From: an uncultured Methanosarcinales archaeon | GTDB lineage: Archaea; Nanobdellota; Nanobdellia; Woesearchaeales; JACPBV01 | DNA: 60,289 nt | Reading direction: 5' to 3' | Assembly: GCA_964492935.1 (NCBI GenBank) | Contig: CAZBLF010000004.1 | Span: 1-60,289 of the forward strand | Part shown: piece by piece, positions 59,061 to 60,289 of the stretch | Numbering within the stretch: the stretch's first letter is position 1 | Layout: each line of letters starts with the position of its first letter | Position numbers and translations under genes: made by a program | Notes under the pieces: model-generated | What the model was told of the DNA's origin: nothing | The model's input: the letters and a program-made list of their open reading frames with translations, nothing else | The model's database searches: none

Positions 59061-60289
59061 GAAAATAGGCTGTTTGCCGTAGTATTAGGGGGATTATTCA
59101 TCGTAGCAGCTATTATCCTAGCCAATTTCCTTTCCTTTGCAAATGTACAAGAAACAATCATCAACCAAATTCAAGAGACCCAAAAAGTGGAAACAACCAG
59201 AGCAGCACAAGAAATAGAATCACATATCTTCCAGGCAACCGATGAACTCGATACCTTAAGCAAAGTTGCAGAAACTTCAGGACTATCTCCAGAACGCTGT
59301 TCTTCAACAACAATTCACGAAAGAATCTCACCAGCCATCTCCACATTAGCTAAAGCGAATAGCAATGGCGAAGTAATTGCATGCTCCTCTCCCCAAATCA
59401 GCTATCTTGCAGGTTTAAACATTCAGAACAAGGATTATTTCGCAATACCGAAGCAAACAAGAAATCCCTATATTACAGGAATAGAAAGCATAGGAAGCTC
59501 GCAACAATTGACCATAACTGCTCCCATCTATGCAACCTATGGCTCTCAAGAATCTTTTCAGGGAGTGTTAATAACAACAATAAACATCAATGAACTCTTT
59601 GAAGACCATATCTATCCTGTATTAAATACAAATGGAAGAAAGTTTTTCTTAACCAACCTCGAAAGTAATGAAATCATCCTAACCGATGAAGAACAGTTCA
59701 ATGTCTCCATCCTAGCTCGCGCCCTACCCAAAGAAGACAGAATCATCTCCATGAAAGCAAAAACAGACAAACTAGGAGAGATCATCCTAACAAGTTCAGA
59801 TTTTGTTGTAGGCAAGGAAAAATGGCGCCTAGCATTCTATACCCCCATCCAAGCAGTAGCCCAAGACCTCAACACATTTCAAAAGAGAAACCTCTATAGT
59901 TTGGTGTTTGTCCTAGCAATCGGCATAGCAGTAACCCTCTTCCTATTCTCTCTCTACCGCTCAAAAGAGAATGTTACCTCCCAACTACAAGAGGTCAACG
60001 TAACCCTAGATAAGATGGGCATAACATTAGATGAGCAAGGTAAACCCGAAGCAGAATCATCCGAGGAGATGAAAGCAAAAGAGAATCTCCTACCTCAAGA
60101 AATGGAAATCCTAGAATACATCAACGAACAAAACCAGCAAAACAAACTAATCTCCTTCAAAGACATAACCAAACGCTGCAACATCACCAAGCCCACTACT
60201 AGAGCAAGAATAGCAACCCTAACCTCCAAACATCTAGCAGAAGTAGAACAACGAGGCCGCTTCAAATCCCTCAAACTCACCGAGAAAGG
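59040..60289 (+). CDS. Membrane one-component regulator: TM-dCache-TM-coiled coil-winged HTH (3' truncated)
   Basis: Manual translation is open from ATG 59040 to the window end: Cache-like GLNIQNKDYF..PKQTRNPYIT, second TM, then ISFKDITKRCNITKPTTRARIATL...GRFKSLKLTEKG. Absent from the ORF track because there is no stop in the window. Confidence 0.85.
   Translation, partial: MSAKIGKENRLFAVVLGGLFIVAAIILANFLSFANVQETIINQIQETQKVETTRAAQEIESHIFQATDELDTLSKVAETSGLSPERCSSTTIHERISPAISTLAKANSNGEVIACSSPQISYLAGLNIQNKDYFAIPKQTRNPYITGIESIGSSQQLTITAPIYATYGSQESFQGVLITTININELFEDHIYPVLNTNGRKFFLTNLESNEIILTDEEQFNVSILARALPKEDRIISMKAKTDKLGEIILTSSDFVVGKEKWRLAFYTPIQAVAQDLNTFQKRNLYSLVFVLAIGIAVTLFLFSLYRSKENVTSQLQEVNVTLDKMGITLDEQGKPEAESSEEMKAKENLLPQEMEILEYINEQNQQNKLISFKDITKRCNITKPTTRARIATLTSKHLAEVEQRGRFKSLKLTEK

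Overview
About 60 kb of a compact archaeal chromosome, most consistent with a DPANN (Woesearchaeota-like) lineage. This taxonomy is inferred from BRE/TATA promoters about 22-25 nt before largely leaderless starts, GGTGA-type RBSs, an XPD helicase and the gene families present. Positions 1-30 kb form a surface-glycan island: GT2/GT4 enzymes, several GT-C/YfhO-like membrane proteins, a GtrA flippase, an MBOAT+SGNH acylation pair, CDP-/GDP-sugar enzymes and ADP-heptose genes (hldA/hldC/hldD). An RHH-RelE toxin-antitoxin pair is wedged into this island. Next come ilvE, an unannotated 274-nt SRP RNA that lacks helix 6, and a 2660-aa doubly anchored surface protein with a lipase-type triad, preceded by two paralogous HTH genes. 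Housekeeping genes follow (xpd, pcm, D-hydroxyacid dehydrogenase, pdxST), then a metal/thiol-redox region. The strongest leads are: (1) a dispersed family of intergenic hairpin elements with covarying arms, some with 8-bp target-site duplications; (2) an operon of two exported proteins ending in MVGGC plus CuA-cupredoxin, thioredoxin and CcdA, divergent from a membrane dCache-wHTH regulator missed by the ORF track; (3) a recurrent [ILV]TGx[AV]V motif in exported proteins; (4) the helix-6-less SRP RNA. No tRNA, rRNA, CRISPR array or transposase was seen. All calls are by eye; no database searches were run.
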